Shown here: positions 38,045 through 52,288 of the stretch, piece by piece
Numbering within the stretch: the stretch's first letter is position 1
Layout of the letters: each line of letters opens with the position of its first letter
Position numbers and translations under genes: made by a program
The notes under the pieces: generated by a model
Databases searched by the model: none
What the model saw: the letters and a program-made list of their open reading frames with translations, nothing else
Told to the model about the DNA's origin: nothing
Assembly: GCF_009914755.1 (NCBI RefSeq)
Contig: NC_060932.1
From: the human T2T-CHM13v2.0 reference genome, Homo sapiens
Strand: one strand, 5' to 3'
DNA: 64,000 nt

Positions 38045-41000
38045 GACTTTGATATCAAAAGTGGTTCCAAAGAATAGAATTTTAAGAATGGGTTTTCTAA
38101 ATTGATTCTGAGGTTTCTGCAATTGCCTCTCTGATCTGATTAGATTTAAAGATGCTACTGACTCTATTTTGTAGTAGTAAAGTGAGTACTGATAGTTCAT
38201 TATGCAAACCAGTAACAGAAATATGCAAAGTAGCTCCTAACCAAGGGATGTAATAACATTGCTCAGTTGCCCCTAATATTGTTGGATAAAGTGATGAAAG
38301 AAAGGATGAGCTCAGAAATTTGAATTCGTACCTCAAGCACCATATGAATACCCAGAAGGTTTCTATGTGGGCCCTAAAGGAGACCTTTATCCCCAGTAGT
38401 TGCAGGGCTGAGATTACTGAAAATCAAATGTAGAGAATCTCATTCTGCAACTGGCTGAATTATAATATGAGTTGAACTTACAGCCTCACAGAGTGTCTAC
38501 TGTTAAAGTAAGAGTATTGATTAGGAAAGAATGGGATGCTGTAAATTGGGTTGGAGACATGTGGGAAGACCCTGATGAAGGTGGGGATATTGAGCCCTTA
38601 AATTCTGATTCATCTTCTTTGCTAGTGGAAGAGGTCTTCCCACACCTAGTGGTGTTGGTCTTTCCACCTCTGTGAGTGGTTTAACCCTACATTGCCTAAG
38701 GAAACTATAATGGCCTTTCCAGTGGCAGTTGTCATGTAAGACAATGGTGATTCCCCCTCAAGATCCACCCACAGCACCCCTTTTTTCTTCTAGACCTATA
38801 AGAAGGCTCAAGTTCTAGCTGCTCCCTAAAGGTGAGGCACAATGTATGACCCACAAGGAGATGTGTTATACTCCAAAGGAATTACTTGATTTTCTAATTT
38901 ATACAGACAGAAATTTTGGGCATATATGTGGAAATGGATGTTAATGGTGTGGGATAATGGTGGGAAGAACATAAAGATGGATGAAGCTGAATTTATTGAT
39001 ATGAGCCCACTAAGCAGAGGTTCTTCATTTACTATTGAAGCTTGGGGAGCTAGAAAGGGTTCTAACAGTTGGCCCTCTAATTGTTTGGCTGAAACATGGA
39101 CCGAAAGGTGGCCCACAGTGAGCAAACTGGAAATACCAAATCTGCCTGGGTCTAATGAGAAGGGATTTAAAGACTTCTAGATTGGAATGTTAGAGTGGTA
39201 TTTGTCATTTAAGACCTATTAACCCATGCTGCAAGGATCCAGAAGACACGTCCATCACCAATACTGTGAGAAATAAATTTGTGAGCAGAGCCCTAGCATC
39301 CGTGAAGAGTTCAGTGATCACTCTTCCCTATAGGCCAGACCATACAATAGGAACTGCAGCCACTGAATTGAGAAACTTAAATGGAGTTGGAGAAACTGGA
39401 TCATGGGGTGACAAGGGCCAAGTAGCAGCACTCAGCTACCAAAGTCAGGTGGATTTGGTTATCATACTGGACAGCAAATTCAGGACAGAAATTAGAATAA
39501 TCTGACTCTTGCAGGCCTACAGCATTGACTACATGTTTATGGTGTTCCTAGAAATTAAATGCATAGGAAGCTTACTAAATTCTTATTTGATCTATGTAAG
39601 CAGAAATGTTCTAGGTCAAGTGAGTGAAAGTCTAATCTGTATAATAAAAGCAGACAGTAATATTCCCCCAATCAATTTCCAGACTTAAACCACTATACAG
39701 ACCCAGAATCCCTTAAACGATGGAGAGGCTAGATCCCCTTAAGGAATGATCTTGCTACAGCACCAAAAAATATACTATTAATATTTATCCCAACCTTCCC
39801 CAAAAAGACCTACAGCCTTTATGAGGGTAACTGTGCATTGAGTAAAAAAAAATAATCAGAACTTTCAAGGACTAGCAGACACTGTCTGTGAACTGACACT
39901 AATTCCAGGAGACCTAAAACATTACTGTGGTCTACCTGATTGAGTAGTGGCTTATGGAGGTCAAGTGATAGTGAAGATTTAGCTAAATTGTCTTTTACAG
40001 TGGGCCTGGTGAGTCCCCACGTGCATCTTATGGTTAATTCCCCAGTTCTGAAATGAGTAATTGGAATAAACTCAGCAGTTGGTGGGAAATGCCAAGTAGA
40101 AGTCACTAGAACTACTTAGGAAAATAGTTAACCAAAAGTAACACTGCATTCCTGGGGAGATTGCAGAGATTATTACCAGCATCAAAGTCTTAAAGGATAT
40201 GGAGATGATGATTTCCACCACACCTCCATTCAACTCACCTGTTTGTCCTGTGCAGAGAAAAGATAGGCCTTAAAGAATGACAGTGGGTTACTATAAGCTC
40301 TACGAGATGGTGACCCTAATTGCAGCTGCTGTACTAAATGTGGTTTCATTGCTTATGCAAATTAACACATCCCCTGGTACCTGTTACACAGGTATTGATC
40401 AAGCAAATGCCTTTTTTTCTATACTTGTCAATAAGACCCACCGGAATCAGTTTTCTCTTAGCTGGCAAAGCCAGCAATCACCTTCACTGTCCTCTTAGGG
40501 GTATATCAACTCTCCAATACTATGTCATAAGTTTGCAGGGATCTTGATTGCCTTTCCCTTCTACAAGACATCACACTCATCCATTACATAGATGACATTA
40601 TGCTGAGTGTACCTATTGAGCAAGAAGTAGGAATTATTACAGACTTATTGTTAAGACATTGATGAGCTAGAGGGTGAAAAATAAATCTGGAAAAATTTCA
40701 GGAGCCTCCTGTCTCAGTGAAATGTCTAGGGGTCCACTGGTGTGGGCCATGCTGAGATATCTTTTCTAAGGTAAAGGATAAGTTGTTGCATCTGGCCCTT
40801 TCTACAGTAAAGAAAAAGGCATAATGACTCTTGGATCTCTGGATTTTGGAGGCAACACATTTCTCATTTGGATGTGTTTAGCTAATCCATTTATGAAGTG
40901 TCTAAAAAAATCTGCTAGTTTTGAGTGGGCACTACAACAGGAAAAGACTCTGCAACAGGTCTAGGCTGCTATGCAAGCTGCTCTGCCACTTGGGCCATGT

Positions 41001-41905
41001 GATCCAGTGGATCCACTGAGTCTTGAAGTAGTGAAGTCAGTTAATGATGCTGTTTAATGGCCTATGGGAAGGCTCTATAGGTGAATTGAAGTGCAGGCCC
41101 TCAGGATTTTTGAGCAAAGCTCTGCCATTCTCTGCAGATCACTATTCTTCTTTTGAGAGATAGCACTTGCCCTGCTACTGGACCTTAGTAGAAATCGAAT
41201 GCTTAACTTTGGGCCGTCAGGTTACCATTCAGCCTCCTATCATGAACTTGGTGTTATCTGACCCACCAAGCCATAAAGTTCGGTGTGTATAGCAGCACTG
41301 CATCATCAAATGGAAGTGGCACACACATTAGCCTGGGCAGGTGCTGAAGGCACAAATATATTTCATGAAGAAGTGGCCCAAATGCTCATGGTCCTCACTT
41401 CTGCTAAACCACCTTTTCTTTCCCAGCCTCCACCTATGGCCTCATGGGGAGTTTCTTAAAATAAGTTGACAGAAAACTGCCTGGTTTACAGATCGTCCTG
41501 GCAAATATGTGGGCACCACCTGAAAGTGAAGAGCTGCAGCACTACAGGTCCTGTCTAAGACATCCCAAAAGGACAGCGGTGAAGGGAAACCCTCTCCATA
41601 CACAGGACTTTGAGCAGCGAGCCTGGTTATTCATTTTACTTAGAAAGACAAGTGGCTGTAGCCAGTGGTTTGACTGGTTGGTCAGGGACTTGAAAGCAAC
41701 ATGACTGGAAAACTGGTGACAGAGAAATTTGGGGAAGAGGCATTCAGACTTATCTGAATGGACTTTACCTTATTTTCTAGGGAAAGGGTTAGTGTGTTTT
41801 GGTTGGATGAAGGATAGTTGTATCATGTTAGGTGGAATTGTGGACTCATTATTTTTATATGGAGAGATTAGGTGTGGTCTGAGAAGATGTGTTTGGAAAT
41901 CAAGT
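38045..41905 (+). pseudogene. Decayed ERVL (HERV-L/ERVL-B4-like) internal region: gag, protease, RT and RNase H remnants; integrase/dUTPase part apparently deleted
   Basis: Gag peptides VKVRVLIRKEWDAVNWVGDMWEDPDE (38472 ORF) and VWDNGGKNIKMDEAEFIDMSPLSR (38926 ORF). RT peptides MTVGYYKL..IAAAV..IDQANAFFSI (40277 ORF) and YIDD (TAC ATA GAT GAC, 40585-40596). Many stops and frameshifts. Confidence 0.92.
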
Positions 41906-42322
41906 TGGTTAATTTCATGTGTCAACTTGAATGGGCTGTGGGAGCTGGTTAAACATGATTTCTGAGTGTGTCTGTGAATGTGTTTCCTGAAAAGATTAGC
42001 ATTTGGATTGGAGGATGGAGTAAAGCAGATGGCCCTTCTCAATGTGGGTGGGCATCCTCCAATCCATTGAGGACCTCAATAGAATAAAAAGGAGAAAGAA
42101 GGTTGAATTCACACTCTGCTTGACTGCTTGAAGTAGGTCATTGATTTTCTGTTCTCAGTACTCCAGATTCTCAGATCTTAGGACCTGGACTGGAATCTAC
42201 ATCATCAGCCCTCTGGCTCTTGGGCCTTCACATGATACCACTGGCTTTCCTGGTTCTTCAGTTTGCAGATGGCTGATCATGGATCCCAGATCAAGTTCCT
42301 CTGGAGAACCCTCAATAATACA
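41906..42322 (+). mobile_element. MLT2 3' LTR (start and part of the 3' half deleted)
   Basis: GGTTAATTTCATGTGTCAACTTGAATGGG...GAGTAAAGCAGATGGCCCTTCTCAATGTGGGTGGGCATC... ending GAGAACCCTCAATAATACA. Confidence 0.92.
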
Positions 42323-42394
42323 GATCACAAGAAGGGCCTTTTCACGCTCACATAGTGAATGGGGAAACAATGCTAAAAATTATATGGTTCTCAT

Positions 42395-43265
<871 letters not shown>

Positions 43266-43277
43266 AAAATAGTATTT

Positions 43278-43613
43278 ATTTACTTATTTACTTATTTATT
43301 TATTTATTTATTTAATTTTTGGGTGATAGGGTCTCTCTCTTTTGCCCAGGCTGGAATGCAGTGGTTCAATCATAGCTCACTGCACCTCGACCTCCTGGGC
43401 TCATGCGATCCTCCTGCCTTAGCGTCCATAGTAGCTGAGGCTACAGTTGTGCACAACCAAGCCCAGCTAATTTTTAAATTTTTATTTCTATTTTGTTGAG
43501 ACAGGGTCTTGCTGCATTGCCCAGGCTTGTCTCAAACTGCTGGCCTCAAGAGATCCTCTCATCTCAATCTCCCAAACTGCTGATATTACAGGCTTGAGTC
43601 ACCACATCTGGCA
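43278..43613 (-). mobile_element. AluJ with (TAAA)n tail
   Basis: ATCATAGCTCACTGCACCTCGACCTCCTGGGCTCA; GGGTCTTGCTGCATTGCCCAGGCT. Confidence 0.9.
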
Positions 43614-43884
43614 ATGAAATAGTTTTATCTTCCTTTGTGACTGGCTAACATCATCTGAATATTTTGAAATTTCTATTGTAATTTTTCCCTTTTAACTCGG
43701 AATCATATAGATTTGCTTTATTTCCCAAATAGATGGTTTTGGGGAACATACTTTCATTATTGATTTCCAGCCTTTTAGAATTTTTAGACATCCTTTTGGG
43801 GCCATATACCAGGCCAATTTTTGTAATTATTCCAACTCTGCTGAAAAAAAATTGTCTCTATTTTAGGAATGCAACAGTGTCTTT

Positions 43885-44101
43885 CTTTCTTTATATTTGA
43901 GAGACAATCTCACTCTGTTGTTCAGGCTAGAGTGCAGTGATGTGATCACAGTCCACTGTAAACTCGAACTCCTGAACTTAAGCATCCTTCCTCCTCAGCC
44001 CCTCGAGTAGCTGGCATTATAGGCACTTGCCACCATGCCTGGGTAATTTTTTTAAAAAAATTGTTTTGTAGAGAGAGGGTCTTGCTTTGTTGCCCAGGCT
44101 A
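43885..44101 (-). mobile_element. 5'-truncated AluJ
   Basis: Right arm plus part of the left arm; approximate TSD GCAACAGTGTCTTT / GCAACGTCTTT. Confidence 0.85.
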
Positions 44102-44126
44102 GCAACGTCTTTAGAATAATCCATTG

Positions 44127-44942
44127 TGTTAATGGAAAGATCAAACTCTGTAAAATATTTTTAAAAGATTTATTCTAAGCCAATATGAGTGACTATGGCC
44201 TGGGGATACATAGTCTCTAGAGGTCCTGAGAAAATAAGCTGAGGTGGTTTGGTTATAGTTTGGTTTTATACACTTCAAGGAAGCAGGAATTGCAGATAAA
44301 GTCATAAGTCAATACACGGAAGGTATACATTGGTTTGAGAAGCTGAGATATCTCAAAGCAGAGGCTTACAAGTCATAGGTGGGTTTTAGGGATTCTTCAG
44401 TTGGTAAATGACTGGAAAAGTTAAACTTTGTCCAAAGACTTAAAATCAGAAGAAAGGAATGCTTAAGACAAAGAGCCCTACTATCTGTCATGTGCTGGTA
44501 TACCAGAGTCGGGTTGGAAATTAAGCCATATTATACTGGGTTAATAATAATAAAAAGAAAAAAAAAACCTGTTTAACGAGATCTTATGATTTGTAGGGTG
44601 TCATGTGATGGTATACCAGAATCATGTTGGAAAGTAAGCCTTATTATACTGGGGGTAAAAAAAATCCTGTTTAGAGAGATCTTATGATTTGTAGGGCATG
44701 ACATAACCCTTGCTTTCCACAGCATTAGGTCCTATCTATAATTTGGTATCTCATTGCCACAGAGTCTGTTTCGTCTGTCTTATGATCTTTATTTTAACAT
44801 TAATGTCGGTTAGTGGTGCCTAAACCCTCCTTCCTGTCATGGCCAAAGGAACTCTGTTTTTCAGGTTTCTCTGGGGTCCCCTTGGCCCATGAGGGTTTCT
44901 GTTCAGTTGGTCGGGTGGCTTAGAATTTATTTTTAGTTTACA
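44127..44942 (-). mobile_element. MER4-family (ERV1) solo LTR
   Basis: TG...CA termini; ends GGCTTAGAATTTATTTTTAGTTTACA (reverse of the MER4 start). Perfect 4-bp TSD ATTG (44123-44126 / 44943-44946). Confidence 0.92.
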
Positions 44943-45978
44943 ATTGGATTAAACTTGTTTCCGCTGTTTAAATCTATATCCTTACTAATTTGGCTCTTGG
45001 AAAATTTACCACTATAATTGCAAATTTGCTGATTACTCATTATTTTGACAAATTTTCTTTGTATATAAGAGGCAAGGTTGCAATTAATGCAGGTTATGAT
45101 TGTCATATTCTCTTGGTGGAGTATTTCTTTTATCATATCATGTTAAATTCTATGACTTCTGCTATTATCAACCCATCAGTTTCCTTTTGTTTAGTAATTT
45201 GCCTGGAATATCTTATTTAATCCCTTTACTTCCAAACATTCCATGTACTGATTTATGTTTCATATATATTGTAGCAATTTACTGCTGGATTGGGGTTTCT
45301 TTTTGTTTTATATTTCTGAGTCTGTGCTTTTAAGGGACACTTACTCATATCTTTTTTTTTTTTTTAAGTTTCTACTAACCATGGTTTATCTCTGCTTCCT
45401 TTTTCCCTGCCCACTACTAGACTTGTGGGATTACCTAGATTTTCTTTATTTTCCTCTACTAGGCAGTTGGCTCCTCTTTGGAAGTTACACATTACCTTTC
45501 CATTCTCTTAGTATTAACCATTAAATTTTAACATGCATAGCAAGAAAATTGAAAAGTTAATCAACATTTCTATTTGTCCTTAAGATAATTATCCCACATC
45601 TGTGTTCTGATATTGTTTTAGAGTATTATTTTTTATTTACTTTGTTTTTAACACATCCCAACTCTACCCTCCGAATTAGCCAGCTCCCTTGCCATTTCCC
45701 AAATTTCTAGTGGGGTTTCCTACTCCTTATTCAAAGACCAGGTTTTTTTTGTTTTGTTTTGTTTGTTTGTTTGTTTGTTTTCTGTCTCTTGAATATGCAG
45801 AAAGCTCGGCCCCACCTCAATGCTTCACACAGCTGATGACTCTCCTCTTCTTTTGTGGGTATTACAACTGCAGCTCCCAACCCTGAGGTCAAAATCCATT
45901 TTATTGAACAATTTATTTGTTAGTAAAAGGAGAATCCAGATGAAAACACACATTGTAACTGTTTGATATTCTCTTAAC

Positions 45979-46490
45979 CAGCAGTCCCCAACCTTTTTGC
46001 ACCAGGAACCAGTTTAATAGAAGACAATTTTTGCATGGACCAGGGAGGCTGGGGTGGTCTGGGGGATGAATCCAGTACATTGCATTTATCGTGTGCTTTA
46101 TTTCTATTATTATCACATTGTTATATATAATAAAATAATTATACAACTCACCATAATGCAGTATCAGTGGGAGCCTGAGCTTGTTTTCTTGCAACTAGAC
46201 AGTCCCACCTGGAGGTGATGGGAGACAGTGACAGATCACCACCAGGTATTAGATTCTCTTAAGGAGCGCATAACCTAGATCCCTTGCATGTGCCGTTCAC
46301 AATAGGGTTCATGCTCCTATGAGAATCCAATGCCACCGCTGATCTGATAGGAGGCGGAGCTCAGGTGGTAACATGAGCAATGGGAAGTGGTTGTAAACAA
46401 AGATGACATTTTCCTTGCTTGCCTACTGCTCACCTCCTGCTGTGCGGCCTGGTTTCTAACAGGCCACGGCCCAGGGGATGGGGACCCCAG
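45979..46490. mobile_element. MER1A hAT-Charlie DNA transposon
   Basis: Terminal inverted repeats CAGCAGTCCCCAACC / GGATGGGGACCCCAG, typical MER1 body, and perfect 8-bp TSD CTCTTAAC (45971-45978 / 46491-46498). Confidence 0.95.
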
Positions 46491-46732
46491 CTCTTAACTG
46501 TCTTTTAATTTATTAGTTTTGCTCATTCCTTGCCCTAACCCCCTTCCTTTTTTTTTTTTTTAACACTTCATCAAGAAACCATTTTTTTTTTCTGATTTCT
46601 GCTTTGTGATTTTTTTTTCTTATAGCTATAGTAAATCACATTCAGAGTTCTCATCTTCCTCTGAGTCTTTCCATTCCCTTTGTTCTGTAGAGTTATTTTC
46701 AACCCCTTGCCTTTGGTCTGTTTATTTCATTT

Positions 46733-46734
<2 letters not shown>

Positions 46735-46780
<46 letters not shown>
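46735..46780. repeat. (GT)23 microsatellite
   Basis: Read directly from the sequence. Confidence 0.98.
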
Positions 46781-46782
<2 letters not shown>

Positions 46783-47263
46783 AATTTTTCCATTTTCATT
46801 CATGCAGGGGATAGCTCTGATCTTTACCAGCAAGGTATAGATCTGATCTTTACCAACAAGGAATTGATTAGCTAGGTTTGCAGCCGTTTTATTCTCTGTC
46901 TGTTGGGAGTTTGTTAACCCAATTCTCTGATCCACAGTTGAGAATTAGAGTTATATGCTCAGCCTCTAGGTAACTTAACTCCTGGAGTTCACCACGCTTT
47001 TATCTAACATGGCTCTGCTGCATTGAGGGGAGACCTTGCTGCATTCCCTTTTTTTGGCTCTTATGCTCTCAATGGACAAACCATAAGGCTACCTGAAATT
47101 AAGGAAAGAGTCTTCCTATTTATCTTGCTTTTGCTCCTTCAGCACATAAAAGACTCAAAATCCCCAGCATGTACCACTACCTGGCATCTTGATCTGTTTC
47201 TATCTGTGTGTAGGGAATACTTCTCTGGGGTGAAAACAGATGATGTACAACACCTAATTCCTG

Positions 47264-48278
47264 GTATATATACATGATGGAATATTATGCAGCCATAAAA
47301 AGAAGGAGGTCTGCCATTTGCAACAACATGAATGAAACTGCAGGATGTTATGCTAAGTGAAATAAGCCACACATAGAAAAGAAAGTATATTGTATGATCT
47401 CACGTATATGTGAAATCTAAAAAGGTCAAACAATTAGAAGCGGACAGAACAATGGTAGTTACCAAGGCCTGGTAACTACCATTATGGGGATATGGATGGG
47501 GATATGGAAAGATGTTGATCAAAGGGTACAAACTTTCAGTTTTATGACAAATAGTTCTGGGAATAAAAAAGAAAATAAGATCTTGAAGCTCAAGCATCCA
47601 TAACCATTTAGCTGAGACTGAGCCAATACAAAATTGGGGAGGGTAAATTTTAGACCATAATTTCTTTGGATTTTAGTTTGCAAGATGATATACCTCTATT
47701 TTCTTTAATTGACTATGCTTCAATGCTGGTTTAAAAAGAAATTTTATGTAAAGTGGTCAATGGAAGATTTTCACAGACCTAGGCCACAAATGCTACCTGT
47801 CAGACAACTGTGAGAAGACTGATTTTAAGAGTCATCCAGATTGCAGAGATGATAAAATGAGGGGGAAATATGGATTTTTAGAATAAATAGAGTTAAAAAA
47901 AAGAATCTGAATAAATGATCCACTTCAGAGACCCTAGAATTAAAAATATAAGGTCTTTCACCTACTAAGAACCACTGTATAAAAACAGGCACGAGTTATT
48001 TATTTTATTTCACTGACATATCAACAAAAGGACTCATACTCAAGTTGCAAAATGTAGGCTTTAGTTTTAACGTGTTAAAAGAAAAATATGCCACAAAAAC
48101 AGATGAATACTTCTGAAGATCTAATGTACAGCATGATTGGTGATAGGTATGTTAATTAATTTGATTGTGATAATCATGATTACACTAAGGATATGTATAT
48201 AAATGATCATGTTGTATATCTTGCATATACATAATTTTTATTTTTCAATTAAATATTTTTAATTAAAAAAAAAAAACA
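47264..48278 (+). mobile_element. 5'-truncated L1MB/L1MA-type 3' end split by a ~540-bp insert (pieces 47264-47560 and 48101-48278)
   Basis: GATGTTGATCAAAGGGTACAAACTTTCAG continues as GATGAATACTTCTGAAGATCTAATGTACAGCATG, then poly(A). TSD AATTCCTG (47256-47263 / 48279-48286). Confidence 0.85.
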
Positions 48279-48859
48279 AATTCCTGCCTCTTAGCTGACT
48301 GTCTTATAGAAGTTGGTAACCTACTTCTGTTATAGTGAAAGTATAGATGGTGACAGGGAGGTAAGGGGCAGTTTTCTGCATGACTCCCAAAGCAGTGTCC
48401 ACTCAGTAGAAGTATAGCCATAAGCATTTCCAAGCCTGTGGGACAAAAAATGAAGGGCTGGAGTCCTCTCTGCTTAATCTCATGTAGCCATATGGGGGCC
48501 TGCCCACTGCATTTTTCAATCCATGTTTTCTACTCTTATAGAATAAGATTGTAGGCACTCTGGTACGGACTGAAGCATGAGGCCGTTTTCCTCAAAATAT
48601 GGTACAGAGGTGTGGGAAAGTGGTCAGTGCTTCTAAGGGGAGAAATATTTATAGATCAGTTGGAAAGCATTTAGGGAATCTTCTCTGAAAGAAAAACAGT
48701 TATGTGTCCTCCTTGGGAGAGTATAGGTGGTGTGAATCTCTTGGGGCAGGAGGTCCACATTTGCTATTCTAAAGTGTCATTGAGGTGGAGGAGGCAGAGA
48801 AGGACAGCAAGATTCCTAGAGTTTTAAGAACTGCTCTAGCCACAAGAACATATTGTTGT

Positions 48860-49236
48860 TTTCAAACATGTCATGTGCTCTCTTCTTCAAGTCTTTGAAT
48901 TCTCTGGTTTTGCCTGGAGTACCCTAGTTCTTCTCTTTCCTTACCTGGGTAATTTCTATGTATTATTAAGCTGTCATATCAGATATTTCCTTTCCAGTAA
49001 GACATCCCTGACTCTTTTCTCTTGATGACTGGAATGGATGACCTTCCACTTTGCTTCCAAAACATCTTATTTTTACCATAGCACTCATTTGCATCCATTG
49101 TTATTGCTTGTCTATGCCATGTTGGAAAACTACTAAGTTTTATTAGTCATGGCATTCCTAGGTTCATGTAGTGGCACAAAGTAAACATTCAAGAAATTGC
49201 AAATAAATGAATGAATGGGCAAATCATGAATGAATG
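48860..49236 (+). mobile_element. L2 3' fragment
   Basis: GTGGCACAAAGTAAACATTCAAGAAATTGCAAATAAATGAATGAATG. Confidence 0.65.
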
Positions 49237-49686
49237 GGTTTTTGGTGGAATGAAGCAGATAGCCAAGGGCTTTTAGTTTACTGTTTGTCATATCCTCTTA
49301 ATTCTCTAGTGTTAGGAAAAGAGGTTTGTATTAGCTTGTAATTTTTATCACATATCTGCAGTAATCTCCTATGTAATTTATTAGAATGACTATAATTCCC
49401 TGCAATCTGGTGTCTACACCTAAATATGAGATTTGACAAACAGCTGAAAGGTGCTCACTTAGAAACACCTCTGCACCTGCCATATTGCTAAAGATTTCAA
49501 GTTTTTAGTTTCATTCTTGGTGTTAAATATCACCTAATAAAAGTTTCCCACCCCCATTTTATTAATGTGCAAATGTCCCTAATTTGAGTTCTTAATTCAG
49601 CTGTTCTCTTTTTCTTTTAGGGCAACAAGGAAAAAGGGGAGGGAATGAACATATATGAAACATTCCACATGCCACGGTGCCACTAA

Positions 49687-50104
49687 TATTAAGAAAACTG
49701 TGGCAAATAGAGCCAGGAAGGCCACAAAAAGAAGACCCTTATGCTTGTATGCCTGATAACAAAATTATTGCCAAAGATTGTAAAAAAAACACAACATTGC
49801 ACAAAGGCCATCACAATCTTAAACAAAAAAATACTTCTACAAGGACATCTGCCCAGCAACTGCATGTCTAATCTCAGACTGGCATCACCCTTGTTATTGA
49901 TTTTTGTAGCCAAGGATAATAATTATTTCAACAATTATGTAATTCTCCTTAATGTTTTCCCATAAAAACCTTTGTCTTCCTTTGCCTCCCGGAATATACA
50001 CATAGTTTACTATGGCATGCATATTCCCATTGCAATGCTTTAATCCAAATAAATATCTCCTTCTTTTAGGGAGCTTGTTTCTCTGTTGGTTATTTAGATT
50101 GACA
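49687..50104 (+). mobile_element. Solo LTR (LTR47-like)
   Basis: AAATAGAGCCAGGAAGGCCA...TGCTTGTATGCCTGATAAC...AAGGACATCTGCCCAGCAACTGC; AATAAA near 50048; ends TTGACA. Confidence 0.7.
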
Positions 50105-50129
50105 CTAGCATGGTACTATCATATGTCAT

Positions 50130-50250
50130 CCTAGTCAATCATTAAGATAAGGATGTTGAGGTTCAGAGAAGCACAAAGTAACCTGGAAAAGGTCACCTGG
50201 ATTAAAAAGAATTTGTTGCCATTTGAATCCAGGTCATACTACTGTACTAT
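50130..50250 (-). mobile_element. MIR fragment
   Basis: GATAAGGATGTTGAGGTTCAGAGAAG...AAGGTCAC...ATTTGAATCCAGGTC. Confidence 0.6.
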
Positions 50251-50381
50251 GGGCATTGTCATCTCATGACCATTTGTTGATCTCCAGTCTACCAAAAGCT
50301 CAACCTAATGCAGTGCCCCATAAATAATATTTGTTTTTAAGATATTTATTGATCTGAACTGAAGTATTCTTTAAGAGTATG

Positions 50382-52288
<1,907 letters not shown>

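Noticed and set aside
38190-39700. ERVL gag as a domesticated Fv1-like gene
   Set aside because: Broken by many stops and frameshifts; the longest pieces are under 100 aa.
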